From the NCBI GenBank assembly GCA_032718475.1, contig JAUCBJ010002119.1:1-47498 (forward strand): a DNA stretch of 47,498 nucleotides. The letters run 5' to 3'. Positions 1-10,456 of this stretch are shown here, one piece after another (within the stretch, counting starts at the first letter, position 1; every line of letters starts with the position of its first letter). The DNA comes from Nemertoderma westbladi. Lineage: Eukaryota; Animalia; Xenacoelomorpha. The notes under the pieces were generated by a model. It saw nothing but the letters and a program-made list of their open reading frames with translations. It searched no databases and was not told the origin of the DNA. Made by a program: the position numbers and the translations under genes.

Positions 1-75
1 GTGGGGCGAGCCACGAAGTTGGCGGAGCCTTAGCGAATTGACACTGTTAGGGGGTGGGTCAATTTATGCAAATAG

Positions 76-143
76 TTGTCGTCGTCGTCGTCGTCGTCGT
101 TGTCGTCGTCGTCGTTGTCGTCGTCGTCGTTGTCGTCGTCGTT
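76..143 (+). repeat. (GTC/GTT)n microsatellite
   Basis: About 22 trinucleotide units, read directly. Confidence 0.95.
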
Positions 144-264
144 ACGATTTTGACATGCTAATAACTTTGTCGGATTTAAAGCTGCCAAGTTGAAAATTTG
201 TAGGTATCAATATGAGCAAAAGTTGAGATTTTTGAGAGACTTTCAGACACCATCAGTGCAATGG

Positions 265-1225
265 TCTCCCGCTAGAGGGCCACATGTCTAAACATTAAAT
301 GGCCACCCATTTCTTTGCTTTTAATCCGTTTAAGCTGAAACTTGGGAAGTATGTACTAGACCATTAGCTGTAAATTTCAAAGGAGGCTAATCTGTCTGCA
401 GTTCTCCAGTCTGCCGCTAGAGGGCGAAATGTCCCGAATGTGAAATTATTCTTCCATTTAGTTGTTTATGATCTGATTACGCTGAAACTTGTCATATATG
501 TACTAGATGACATCCTGAGTCTTTGTGTGGATTGTAATCGGTCCGAAGTTTTCCAGTCTCCCGCTAGAGGGCCACATGTCTAAACATTAAATGGCCACCC
601 ATTTCTTTGCTTTTAATCCGTTTAAGCTGAAACTTGGGAAGTATGTACTAGACCATTAGCTGTAAATTTCAAAGGAGGCTAATCTGTCTGCAGTTCTCCA
701 GTCTGCCGCTAGAGGGCGAAATGTCCCGAATGTGAAATTATTCTTCCATTTAGTTGTTTATGATCTGATTACGCTGAAACTTGTCATATATGTACTAGAA
801 GACATCCTAAGTCTTTGTGTGGACAGTAATCGGTCCGGAGTTTTCGAGTCTGCCGCTAGAGGGCGAAATGTAGGAAAGTGATAACCTTTGCGAATTCCTT
901 GATCTTAATCTATTTAAGCTGAATTTTGGAATATACAGTACCGGTATGTACTAGACCACATGCCTCGTCTTTGTGAGGAAGGTGATCGATCCGTAGTTCT
1001 TTAATATGCCGCTAGAGGGCTAAATGTATGAAAGTGAAAACCTTCCAACATTTCGTTATTTATGATCCGTCAATCGGAAACTTGGTAGATATGTAATAGA
1101 CCATAGGATGTGGCTTTGTAGGGAAACTAATCCTTCCTTCTTCAGTTACCCAGTCTCCCGCTAGAGGGTTAACGTTTTCCGGGAAAATCTTCTCCTATGT
1201 TTTTATAATCCTTTCGAGTTGATAC
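265..1225 (+). repeat. Tandem array of ~146-bp units, with a near-identical 292-bp dimer duplication
   Basis: Anchor CCGCTAGAGGG at 269, 414, 561, 706, 853, 1009 and 1158 (spacing 145, 147, 145, 147, 156, 149). Segment 265-556 is nearly identical to 557-848. Confidence 0.92.
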
Positions 1226-1270
1226 TTAGCATTAACTCATTTCACGTGCTGCGCGAAGGCCCCACTTCGT

Positions 1271-2320
1271 GTATGTTATGTGGGGTGGTATTTTTTCTGC
1301 CAAATTTATGGTGACTAATGGAACGAAACAGGGAGGTATACTCTCGCCGTTGCTGTATAATGTATATATTGACGATCTGAGTAAGGAGCTCACAGAGGCT
1401 GGTGTTGGTTGTTATGTCGACTGCATCAGATTGAACCATATATGTTATGCTGATGATATGTGCCTGATTTCGAATTCTATTTTCGGTTTACAACGGTTAA
1501 TTGACATTGCCGTTAAATATGCTGATATTAATTCAATTATATTTAACACGAAAAAGTCTAAGTGTTTATACTTCCTCCCGAAAGGATCGTCAGTTATTCG
1601 GCGCCCTAATGTGTTTCTGTATGGTGTTGCTATTGAAATTGTAAATAAATTCAATTATTTAGGCCATATTTTACATTGTACAATGGATGATGACTATGAT
1701 ATTCTTAACCAAACTTGTAAGTTATATTCTAGAGCTAATTTTATTATTAGGAAATTTAGCGGCTGTGCAAATAATGTAAAAGTGCAATTGTTCCGTGCAT
1801 TCTGTACGCCGATTTATTGTAATGCCTTATGGGCTAGGCGTAATTACTCAGATCGTATCCACAGTAAACTTAAAGTAGCCTATAATAATTGCGCAAGGCG
1901 ATTATTTGGGTTACCAAGAGTTACTGATGGACAGACATCGAGTATTTCACTAGCGCTCGGTATGTTGAATATACCATTATTTATACATATCAGATATAGA
2001 TCAGTAATCAGTCTATTTGATCGTATAAACAAGATAGATAATACACTATTGCAAGCATTAAATACGGCAGTAGTTAAGATATCACGAATACGTGAAATGA
2101 AAGACCGTGTATTTCTAACCTAAATGTGTATAATCGCGAACAATATGAGTAAATAGTTATTGTTTTTCTTCTTTTTTCTTTTTTCTTTTTAATAATATAT
2201 TCATAGAAGTTAGTTACCATGTTGTATGATATATATATTTTGTGATCATATATATTAAATAATTTTACTATGTGCAATTGCATGAAATAAAGAATATAAT
2301 AAAATAATAATAATAATAAT
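1271..2320 (+). mobile_element. 5'-truncated non-LTR retrotransposon (RT C-terminal half; tentatively Proto2-like)
   Basis: ORF ending at 2123 has GTKQGGILSP, YADD and FNYLG motifs. AATAAA and a (TAA)n tail end at ~2320. The protein resembles that of the element at 30510-33430. Confidence 0.88.
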
Positions 2321-5300
2321 AGAGTAGGTACATGTTGGGGTAAGTACATAGAGTAGGTACATGTTGGGCTATGTACATAGAGTAGGTACATGGTGGGCTA
2401 AGTACATAGAGTAGGTACATGTTGGGCTACATAGAGTAGGTACATGTTGGGGTAAGTACAAAGAGTAGGTACATGTTGGGCTATGTACATAGAGTAGGTA
2501 CATGTTGGGCTATGTACATAGAGTAGGTACATGTTGGGCTAAGTACATAGAGTAGGTACATGTTGGGCTACATAGAGTAGGTACATGTTGGGGTAAGTAC
2601 ATAGAGTAGGTACATGTTGGTCTAAGTACATAGAGTAGGTACATGTTGGGCTAAGTACATAGAGTAGGTACATGTTGGGCTATGTACATAGAGTAGGTAC
2701 ATGGTGGGCTAAGTACATAGAGTAGGTACATGTTGGTCTAAGTACATAGAGTAGGTACATGTTGGGCTAAGTACATAGAGTAGGTACATGTTGGGCTAAG
2801 TACATAGAGTAGGTACATGTTGGGCTATGTACATAGAGTAGGTACATGGTGGGCTAAGTACATAGAGTAGGTACATGTTGGGCTAAGTACATAGAGTAGG
2901 TACATGTTGGGCTAAGTACATAGAGTAGGTACATGTTGGGCTATGTACATAGAGTAGGTACATGTTGGGCTGTACATAGAGTAGGTACATGTTGGGCTAT
3001 GTACATAGAGTAGGTACATGTTGGGCTAAGTACATACAGTAGGTACATGTTGGGCTAAGTACATAGATTAGGTACATGTTGGGCTATGTACATAGAGTAG
3101 GTACATGTTGGGCTAAGTACATAGAGTAGGTACATGTTGGGCTATGTACATAGAGTAGGTACATGTTGGGCTACATAGAGTAGGTACATGTTGGGCTATG
3201 TACATAGAGTAGGTACATGTTGGGCTAAGTACATAGAGTAGGTACATGTTGGGCTAAGTACATAGAGTAGGTACATGTTGGGCTAAGTACATAGAGTATG
3301 TACATGTTGGGCTAAGTACATACAGTAGGTACATGTTGGGCTAAGTACATAGAGTAGGTACATGTTGGGCTAAGTACATACAGTAGGTACATGTTTGGCT
3401 AAGTACATAGAGTAGGTACATGTTGGGCTAAGTACATAGAGTAGGTACATGTTGGGCTAAGTACATAGAGTAGGTACATGTTGGGCTAAGTACATAGAGT
3501 ATGTACATGTTGGGCTAAGTACATACAGTAGGTACATGTTGGGCTAAGTACATAGAGTAGGTACATGTTGGGCTAAGTACATACAGTAGGTACATGTTTG
3601 GCTAAGTACATAGAGTAGGTACATGTTGGGCTATGTACATAGAGTAGGTACATGTTGGGCTACATAGAGTAGGTACATGTTGGGCTAAGTACATAGAGTA
3701 GGTACATGTTGGGCTAAGTACATAGAGTAGGTACATGTTGGGCTAAGTACATACAGTAGGTACATGTTGGGCTAAGTACATAGAGTAGGTACATGTTGGG
3801 GTAAGTACATAGAGTAGGTACATGTTGGTCTAAGTACATAGAGTAGGTACATGTTGGGCTAAGTACATAGAGTAGGTACATGTTGGGCTATGTACATAGA
3901 TTAGGTACATGTTGGGCTAAGTACATAGAGTAGGTACATGTTGGGCTACATTGAGTAGTTACATGATAGGCTAAGTACATAAGTAGGTACATGTTGGGCT
4001 AAGTACATAGAGTAGGTACATGTTGGGCTAAGTGCATAGAGTAGGTACATGCTGGGCTAAGTACATACAGTAGGTACATGTTGGGCTATGTACATAGATT
4101 AGGTACATGTTGGGCTAAGTACATACAGTAGGTACATGTTGGGCTAAGTACATAGAGTAGGTACATGTTGGGCTAAGTACATAGAGTAGGTACATGTTGG
4201 GCTAAGTACATAGAGTGGGTACATGTTGGGCTAAGTACATAGAGTAGGTACATGTTGAGCTAAGTACATAGAGTAGGTACATGTTGGGCTAAGTACATAG
4301 AGTGGGTACATGTTGGGCTAAGTACATAGAGTAGGTACATGTTGGGCTAAGTACATAGAGTAGGTACATGTTGGGCTAAGTACATAGAGTATGTACATGT
4401 TGGGCTAAGTACATAGAATGGGTACATGTTGGGCTAAGTACATACAGTAGGTACATGTTGGGCTATGTACATAGATTAGGTACATGTTGGGCTAAGTACA
4501 TACAGTAGGTACATGTTGGGCTATGTACATAGATTAGGTACATGTTGGGCTAAGTACATACAGTAGGTACATGTTGGGCTAAGTACATAGAGTAGGTACA
4601 TGTTGGGCTAAGTACATAGAATGGGTACATGTTGGGCTAAGTACATAGAGTAGGTACATGTTGGGCTAAGTACATAGAGTAGGTACATGTTGGGCTAAGT
4701 ACATAGAGTGGGTACATGTTGGGCTAAGTACATACAGTAGGTACATGTTGGGCTATGTACATAGATTAGGTACATGTTGGGCTAAGTACATACAGTAGGT
4801 ACATGTTGGGCTAAGTACATAGAGTAGGTACATGTTGGGCTAAGTACATAGAGTAGGTACATGTTGGGCTAAGTACATAGAGTGGGTACATGTTGGGCTA
4901 AGTACATAGAGTAGGTACATGTTGGGCTAAGTACATAGAGTAGGTACATGTTGAGCTAAGTACATAGAGTAGGTACATGTTGGGCTAAGTACATAGAGTG
5001 GGTACATTTTGGGCTAAGTACATAGAGTAGGTACATGTTGAGCTAAGTACATAGAGTGGGTACATGTTGGGCTAAGTACATAGAGTGGGTACATGTTGGG
5101 CTAAGTACATAGAGTAGGTACATGTTGAGCTAAGTACATAGAGTAGGTACATGTTGGGCTACATTGAGTAGTTACATGATGGGCTAAGTACATAAGTAGG
5201 TACATGTTGGGCTAAGTACATAGAGTAGGTACATGTTGGGCTAAGTACATACAGTAGGTACATGCTGGGCTATGTACATAGATTAGGTACATGTTGGGCT

Positions 5301-5693
5301 AAGTACATACAGTAGGTACATGTTGGGCTAAGTACATAGAGTAGGTACATGTTGGGCTAAGTACATAGAGTAGGTACATGTTGGGCTAAGTACATAGAGT
5401 GGGTACATGTTGGGCTAAGTACATAGAGTAGGTACATGTTGAGCTAAGTACATAGAGTAGGTACATGTTGGGCTAAGTACATAGAGTGGGTACATGTTGG
5501 GCTAAGTACATAGAGTAGGTACATGTTGGGCTAAGTACATAGAGTAGGTACATGTTGGGCTAAGTACATAGAGTAGGTACATGTTGGGCTAAGTACATAG
5601 AGTGGGTACATGTTGGGCTAAGTACATAGAGTAGGTACATGTTGAGCTAAGTACATAGAGTAGGTACATGTTGGGCTAAGTACATAGAGTGGG
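2321..5693 (+). repeat. 29-bp minisatellite, left part (~116 copies)
   Basis: Consensus AGAGTAGGTACATGTTGGGCTAAGTACAT, with occasional 25- and 28-bp deletion variants. Confidence 0.97.
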
Positions 5694-5960
5694 TGTAACC
5701 CTCATTATCATTCCTAATTATATTTCATATTGATTACACCATTCACACGTGTACCGGTCTACCCATTCTGCAGTTTGACCTTTGACATCCTACCATACTG
5801 GCATGCTATTATATATATGTAATGTAGGCCTATATAAATCAATTAATTCATTCTGTGTGTGTGTCGGTAATCAGTAATATACATATGCCTAATATTAGAC
5901 AATAAAATTAGAATAAAGAATTTCTGTGTACCGGTAACAAACTGTTTCCTCGCGCCCACA
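5694..5960 (+). repeat. 5' LTR (267 bp)
   Basis: Runs TGTAACC...CCCACA, contains TATATAAA and AATAAA, and differs from the 3' LTR at about 4 positions. Confidence 0.95.
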
Positions 5961-5962
5961 TT

Positions 5963-5976
5963 TGGTGACCCGGACG
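5963..5976 (+). promoter_or_regulatory. Primer binding site, tRNA-Trp type
   Basis: TGGTGACCCGGACG, versus TGGTGACCCCGACG expected for the tRNA-Trp 3' end; lies 2 nt after the LTR. Confidence 0.8.
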
Positions 5977-6029
5977 ATCCTTATTCAGCAAATACCGGTA
6001 ATTCCGAACCATACTCCACAATTTACAAG

Positions 6030-8453
6030 ATGCCGAATCTTAACACATTCCGGAAAGCCGAACTGCTTGAAACATTGAAGCGGCTGAATAGCCACGATGA
6101 CACGTACATCGCGCCGCAACTCAAATCAGAGATTATCGACGCTCTAATGAAAGAGAACCCTTCAGCAGTCGAGTTTCTGCTGAAAGCGGGCGCAACTGAA
6201 GCTGCTACGGGTAGCAGTTCATTCGATGCGCCTTCACATAATACTCCATATCAGAAACTACGATTGCCAGAATTTTATGCGAAAGATGTTCGGGTGTGGT
6301 TCGCGCAGGCAGAGGCGGTTCTGCTCGGACAAAGTGCGGTATCGATGAAAGCGAATATCCTGGCGGCCATTCCAACTGAGTCTATCCTCGAGGCAGGGGT
6401 AGATTTAGACGAAAGTTACGATATCATTAAACATAACATTATAGTCCACTTAGCCGATAGTGACGAACGACGTTTCCGCAAACTCTTGGTCTCTCATGAG
6501 CTGGGAGATAGAAAACCGTCGGCGGCATTAAGACAGATGCAACGTTTAGCACCGGGTGCTTCCAACGATAAACTCATTCGCATACGATTCCTTGAGATTC
6601 TACCAGAGACAGTCTCAATCGTCCTCTCCACTCTTGGGGAGCTGCCACTCGACAAGTTGGCTGAAGTTGCCGACAAGATGGTGGAGCAGCAGCAGGACCA
6701 GTCTGCCAGCCACGGTTTATCTGCTGCAGCTGCTCCCATCTCTCACATCGCGAACATCTCCCAATTACAGGAATCCAACCTCGCTCTCCTGAACACTCAG
6801 AAACAGTTATCCGATCAGATTGCTCAGATAACCACGGAGTTGCGTTCTCTGTCTGACAATCGCGGCCGCTACCAGGGCCGCGGCCGCTACCATGGCCGAT
6901 CTCAATCTCGCGGCCGCAGCGGTTCCTCCCACCGACGTTCATCCGACTACAACCCGGATGGCTCACTCTGTTACTACCACTATCGCTTTGGTCGGGAATC
7001 CCGCAAGTGTAAACCGCCCTGCTCCTGGAGGCAGCCAACCCCCAGCGACGGCAGTGCCCCGGCTCCAGAGCGGAGCAATCATCCCCACTATACTAGTAGC
7101 TCTAGGAATCGCAGTGCACTTAATGCTGTATATGTATCATCAGATACTGTAGGTACGTTCCTTGTTGATTCAGGAAGTGACTTCTCAATTTTACCACAAT
7201 CTTATATTAGTCTGTTGAACAAGTTCAAACCCAAAACATCACATACTTTGACAGCTGCAAATCAGTCCAATATTAATATTTTTGGTGAAGGTGAGCTTGA
7301 ATTTTCGGTTTCTGAGTTAGACGACCATACATTTAAGTGGACATTTATTGTAGCCGATGTTATCCAACCCATTCTCGGATTAGATTTTTTGAAATATTTT
7401 CATGTGAACATAGATTGTGCACAATGTACAGTGTATTTTAATCAATTTGAACCTACATTTAGTGAATCACGGAAATCAGGTGCGCCTAGTAATAACGGCA
7501 ACACGAATAGTGTATTTTCAAGTAAAACTAGATTTTCTAGCTCCAATAACGGTACCGGTACATTATATAGTAATATGGAACTATTTTTATTGTGGTTTAA
7601 GTATATCATATTTCCCATTATGTGGCTATGTTCGTCCAAGTCCATATGGTCTAACTTAGTCTTTAGTGCAGGTATTTTATTTTGTTTATTAAGTGTTATC
7701 GCAGTACCGTGGATGTGTGGTGTATATGATGCCAGTTCGCATTCCAATGTGTTTTTAATTACATCACATAGAGTTGAAAGTATCACATCTGATATTAATC
7801 CACAATTAAGCAAAATTTTGAACAAGTATGGCGACGTTTTCAAACCCAAATTAGCTACTGAATTTGTGAATCACTCTGTCGAACACCATATAGTAACGGA
7901 AGGACAACCTTGTTTCGCAAAACCACGCCGTTTATACGGAGACCGTTTATCAGCGGCTTCTAACGAATTTGACAATTTATTACGACAGGGTATTGTTAAA
8001 CGTAGTGAGTCCCCATGGGCTACACCATTACATTGTGTAAAGAAACCAGATGGTAGTATCCGACCTTGTGGTGACTATAGAAAATTGAACAGTATGACTG
8101 TACGCGATAATTATCCAATGCCAAACATTGTGGATATAACTGATAAATTTAGAGGGTGCAAGATTTTCAGTAAAATAGATCTCGAAAAGGCCTATTATCA
8201 GGTTCCAATGGCTAAAAACGATATCTTAAAAACGGCAATTACAACCCCATTTGGACTTTTTCTTTTCACACGTATGCCTTTTGGTCTGCGTAATGCCAGT
8301 CAAACCTTTCAAAGGTTGATTGACACTACACTGTACGACATCAATTGTGCAGTTGGATACATAGATGATATATTGGTTGCAAGTCCTAGCATAGAGCAGC
8401 ACCATAAAGACACCATTGGAACTACCATTGGTTTTGTTGGGTTTGCGCTCTAA
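6030..8453 (+). CDS. Gag-protease-partial RT polyprotein (807 aa), cut off shortly after the RT YIDD motif
   Basis: Gag motifs LPEFY..WFAQAE and LGDRKPS; CHCC knuckle CYYH-x9-C-x3-C; protease FLVDSGS; RT motifs RPCGDYRKLN, MPFGLRNA and YIDD. No RNase H follows. Confidence 0.92.
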   Translation: MPNLNTFRKAELLETLKRLNSHDDTYIAPQLKSEIIDALMKENPSAVEFLLKAGATEAATGSSSFDAPSHNTPYQKLRLPEFYAKDVRVWFAQAEAVLLGQSAVSMKANILAAIPTESILEAGVDLDESYDIIKHNIIVHLADSDERRFRKLLVSHELGDRKPSAALRQMQRLAPGASNDKLIRIRFLEILPETVSIVLSTLGELPLDKLAEVADKMVEQQQDQSASHGLSAAAAPISHIANISQLQESNLALLNTQKQLSDQIAQITTELRSLSDNRGRYQGRGRYHGRSQSRGRSGSSHRRSSDYNPDGSLCYYHYRFGRESRKCKPPCSWRQPTPSDGSAPAPERSNHPHYTSSSRNRSALNAVYVSSDTVGTFLVDSGSDFSILPQSYISLLNKFKPKTSHTLTAANQSNINIFGEGELEFSVSELDDHTFKWTFIVADVIQPILGLDFLKYFHVNIDCAQCTVYFNQFEPTFSESRKSGAPSNNGNTNSVFSSKTRFSSSNNGTGTLYSNMELFLLWFKYIIFPIMWLCSSKSIWSNLVFSAGILFCLLSVIAVPWMCGVYDASSHSNVFLITSHRVESITSDINPQLSKILNKYGDVFKPKLATEFVNHSVEHHIVTEGQPCFAKPRRLYGDRLSAASNEFDNLLRQGIVKRSESPWATPLHCVKKPDGSIRPCGDYRKLNSMTVRDNYPMPNIVDITDKFRGCKIFSKIDLEKAYYQVPMAKNDILKTAITTPFGLFLFTRMPFGLRNASQTFQRLIDTTLYDINCAVGYIDDILVASPSIEQHHKDTIGTTIGFVGFAL

Positions 8454-8910
8454 TATCGGAGTGCACAAGTTTTCGCCTGCACAACTGGTATATGGCGCAG
8501 AGCTTCAATTACCAGGTCAATTTTTCGAATTTTCGGACAAGTCTGATAAGTTCGATAATTTTAACTGGCATAATTTCACATCTCGGCTCTTCGAGAAAGT
8601 TGATAATTTTCAGAGTCCAGTTAGAAAATATAAATCAAAAGCATCAATCCCCAAAGAATTGTCTGAAGCAACTCATGTCTGGGTAAAAGAACCTAAGAAA
8701 ACTGGATCATTGAAACCGCTTTATGCGGGACCGTATAGAGTAGTTTCGCGAAATAGTAAAACTATCGACATAGAACGCCATTCAAAAATTGAAAAGTTGA
8801 CGCTCGACAGAGTGAAACCAGTTGTTTCTGAATGTGTGAACTACACTAAACCGAAAACTAAAAAGTGTGTAACATTTTCATTAATTGAAACTATCCACAT
8901 TTCTGATTGA
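8416..8910 (+). pseudogene. Integrase C-terminal remnant, out of frame with RT
   Basis: LPLVLLGLRS..SPAQLVYG..LPG and the GPY/F module LYAGPYRVV are present. HHCC and the DDE core are absent. Confidence 0.85.
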
Positions 8911-9247
8911 ACTAAAACCATTAAGATCAAATCATTAAATCCAACGGTATTGCGTTTAACATATGCTTACCTATTTTGTTGTAGTCGTGCTGTTTTTGTC
9001 TATTCCGGATAGGTGCGTATCACCGCGGAATTAATTTTCTGTACAAAATGTATTAATTTGTGGTAATAATTAAATATTTAAATAATATGAACGTGTTGCC
9101 ATTTTTTTTTTCTCAAACATATCTAGGCGATTTCCGTTAGTTTTTTTTTTCATATACCTTTAATTAGTTTCTTAATTAAAGCCTACAATATGATTAGTTT
9201 CTTGATTAATGTTAACCATAGTGCTCCGCACTTAACGAAGGGAGCCA

Positions 9248-9514
9248 TGTAACCCTCATTATCATTCCTAATTATATTTCATATTGATTACACCATTCAC
9301 ACGTGTACCGGTCTACCCATTCTGCAGTTTGACCTTTGACATCCTACCATACTGGCATGCTATTATATATATGTAATGTAGGCCTATATAAATCAATTAA
9401 TTCATTCTGTGTGTGTGTCGGTAATCAGTAATATACATATGCCTAAAATTGGACAATAAAATTGGAATAAAGAATTTCTGTGTACCGGTAACAAACAGTT
9501 TCCTCGCGCCCACA
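9248..9514 (+). repeat. 3' LTR (267 bp)
   Basis: Direct repeat of 5694-5960, preceded by the purine-rich GAAGGGAG. Confidence 0.95.
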
Positions 9515-9741
9515 GTGGGTACATGTTGGGCTAAGTACATAGAGTAGGTACATGTTGGGCTAAGTACATAGAGTAGGTACATGTTGGGCTAAGTACATAG
9601 AGTAGGTACATGTTGGGCTAAGTACATAGAGTGGGTACATGTTGGGCTAAGTACATAGAGTGGGTACATGTTGGGCTAAGTACATAGAGTAGGTACATGT
9701 TGGGCTAAGTACATAGAGTAGGTACATGTTGGGCTAAGTAG
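9515..9741 (+). repeat. 29-bp minisatellite, right part (~8 copies)
   Basis: The same unit resumes in register after the target duplication. Confidence 0.96.
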
Positions 9742-10019
9742 TGACGTTCTATCTACAGAATTTTATCTATCAATTTATTCAGATATAAAGAACGAGTCCG
9801 CAGACATTTGAATATCCGAGCAGCTGTTTTCAACTGGTTGGACTCCTACAGAGATAAAGTTCCACTAGTAGCCGTTAATGGGGCACTGCGTTACTTCGCT
9901 GCCATTGTGGAAACACTTCCAGAGAATTTGAAATCTCGTTAGTTTCGCATTGTTTACGCGTAAAATAATTTATAATATATAATAATTTGTTGTTAACCAA
10001 TGTGTTTTTCTCTCCACGT

Positions 10020-10046
10020 GTGTGTAGGTGTGTGTGTGTGTGTGTG
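10020..10046 (+). repeat. (TG)n microsatellite
   Basis: Read directly. Confidence 0.85.
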
Positions 10047-10456
10047 GAGTTAGTTAGCCAACCATTGGACCTACTTGGTTAGGTCGTTATGTTAGTGAAG
10101 TAATACCAAACCAATAAGCGACTTAATTAGGAGAGTAACAACTATGGATGAATTATTGGCTACAGAGTGAGAGATGGTATGACGTGGTTATAAACCATTA
10201 AGAAAGGTTCAATGCATATTGAGGCCCAAATCGAGTGTTAAATATTACTTATTGGCAGACCGAACAATGATGCAATAAAGTGAAAACAGTAAAAACAATG
10301 CATCTGGTTATTTGTTGCAGTAAAAAGGAACTATAATTAATTGAGGGGAAACCAGGGATTACTCACCGCTGAGAGAGGGTAGCTAATATTTTGGTGTATA
10401 ACAGGTGAAGGTGTTATATATTATTATTAGTAAATTATTCAGATGTTAGTAGTGAT

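Larger units (their letters stand above)
1..1270 (+). mobile_element. Non-autonomous Helentron-associated (HINE/DINE-1-like) element; left end clipped by the window
   Basis: GTGGGGC at 1-7 is the inverse of GCCCCAC at 1259-1265 (sub-terminal inverted repeats). Between them lie a (GTC)n microsatellite and a central ~146-bp tandem array, which is the known HINE layout. Confidence 0.65.
5694..9514 (+). mobile_element. Ty3/Gypsy LTR retrotransposon (CsRn1-like), internally deleted and non-autonomous
   Basis: 267-bp LTRs (TG...CA), 5-bp target duplication GTGGG at 5689-5693 and 9515-9519, tRNA-Trp-type PBS, purine tract before the 3' LTR, gag-protease-RT ORF and an integrase C-terminal remnant. 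Confidence 0.96.

Noticed and set aside
6494-7152. Overlapping alternative-frame and antisense ORFs within gag, and similar ones within the LINE ORFs
   Set aside because: These are shadow ORFs expected in GC-richer coding DNA, with no independent support.
2321-9741. 29-bp (and 30-, 21-, 33-bp) arrays as CRISPR arrays
   Set aside because: The units are head-to-tail with no unique spacers, no cas genes are present, and the context is eukaryotic.
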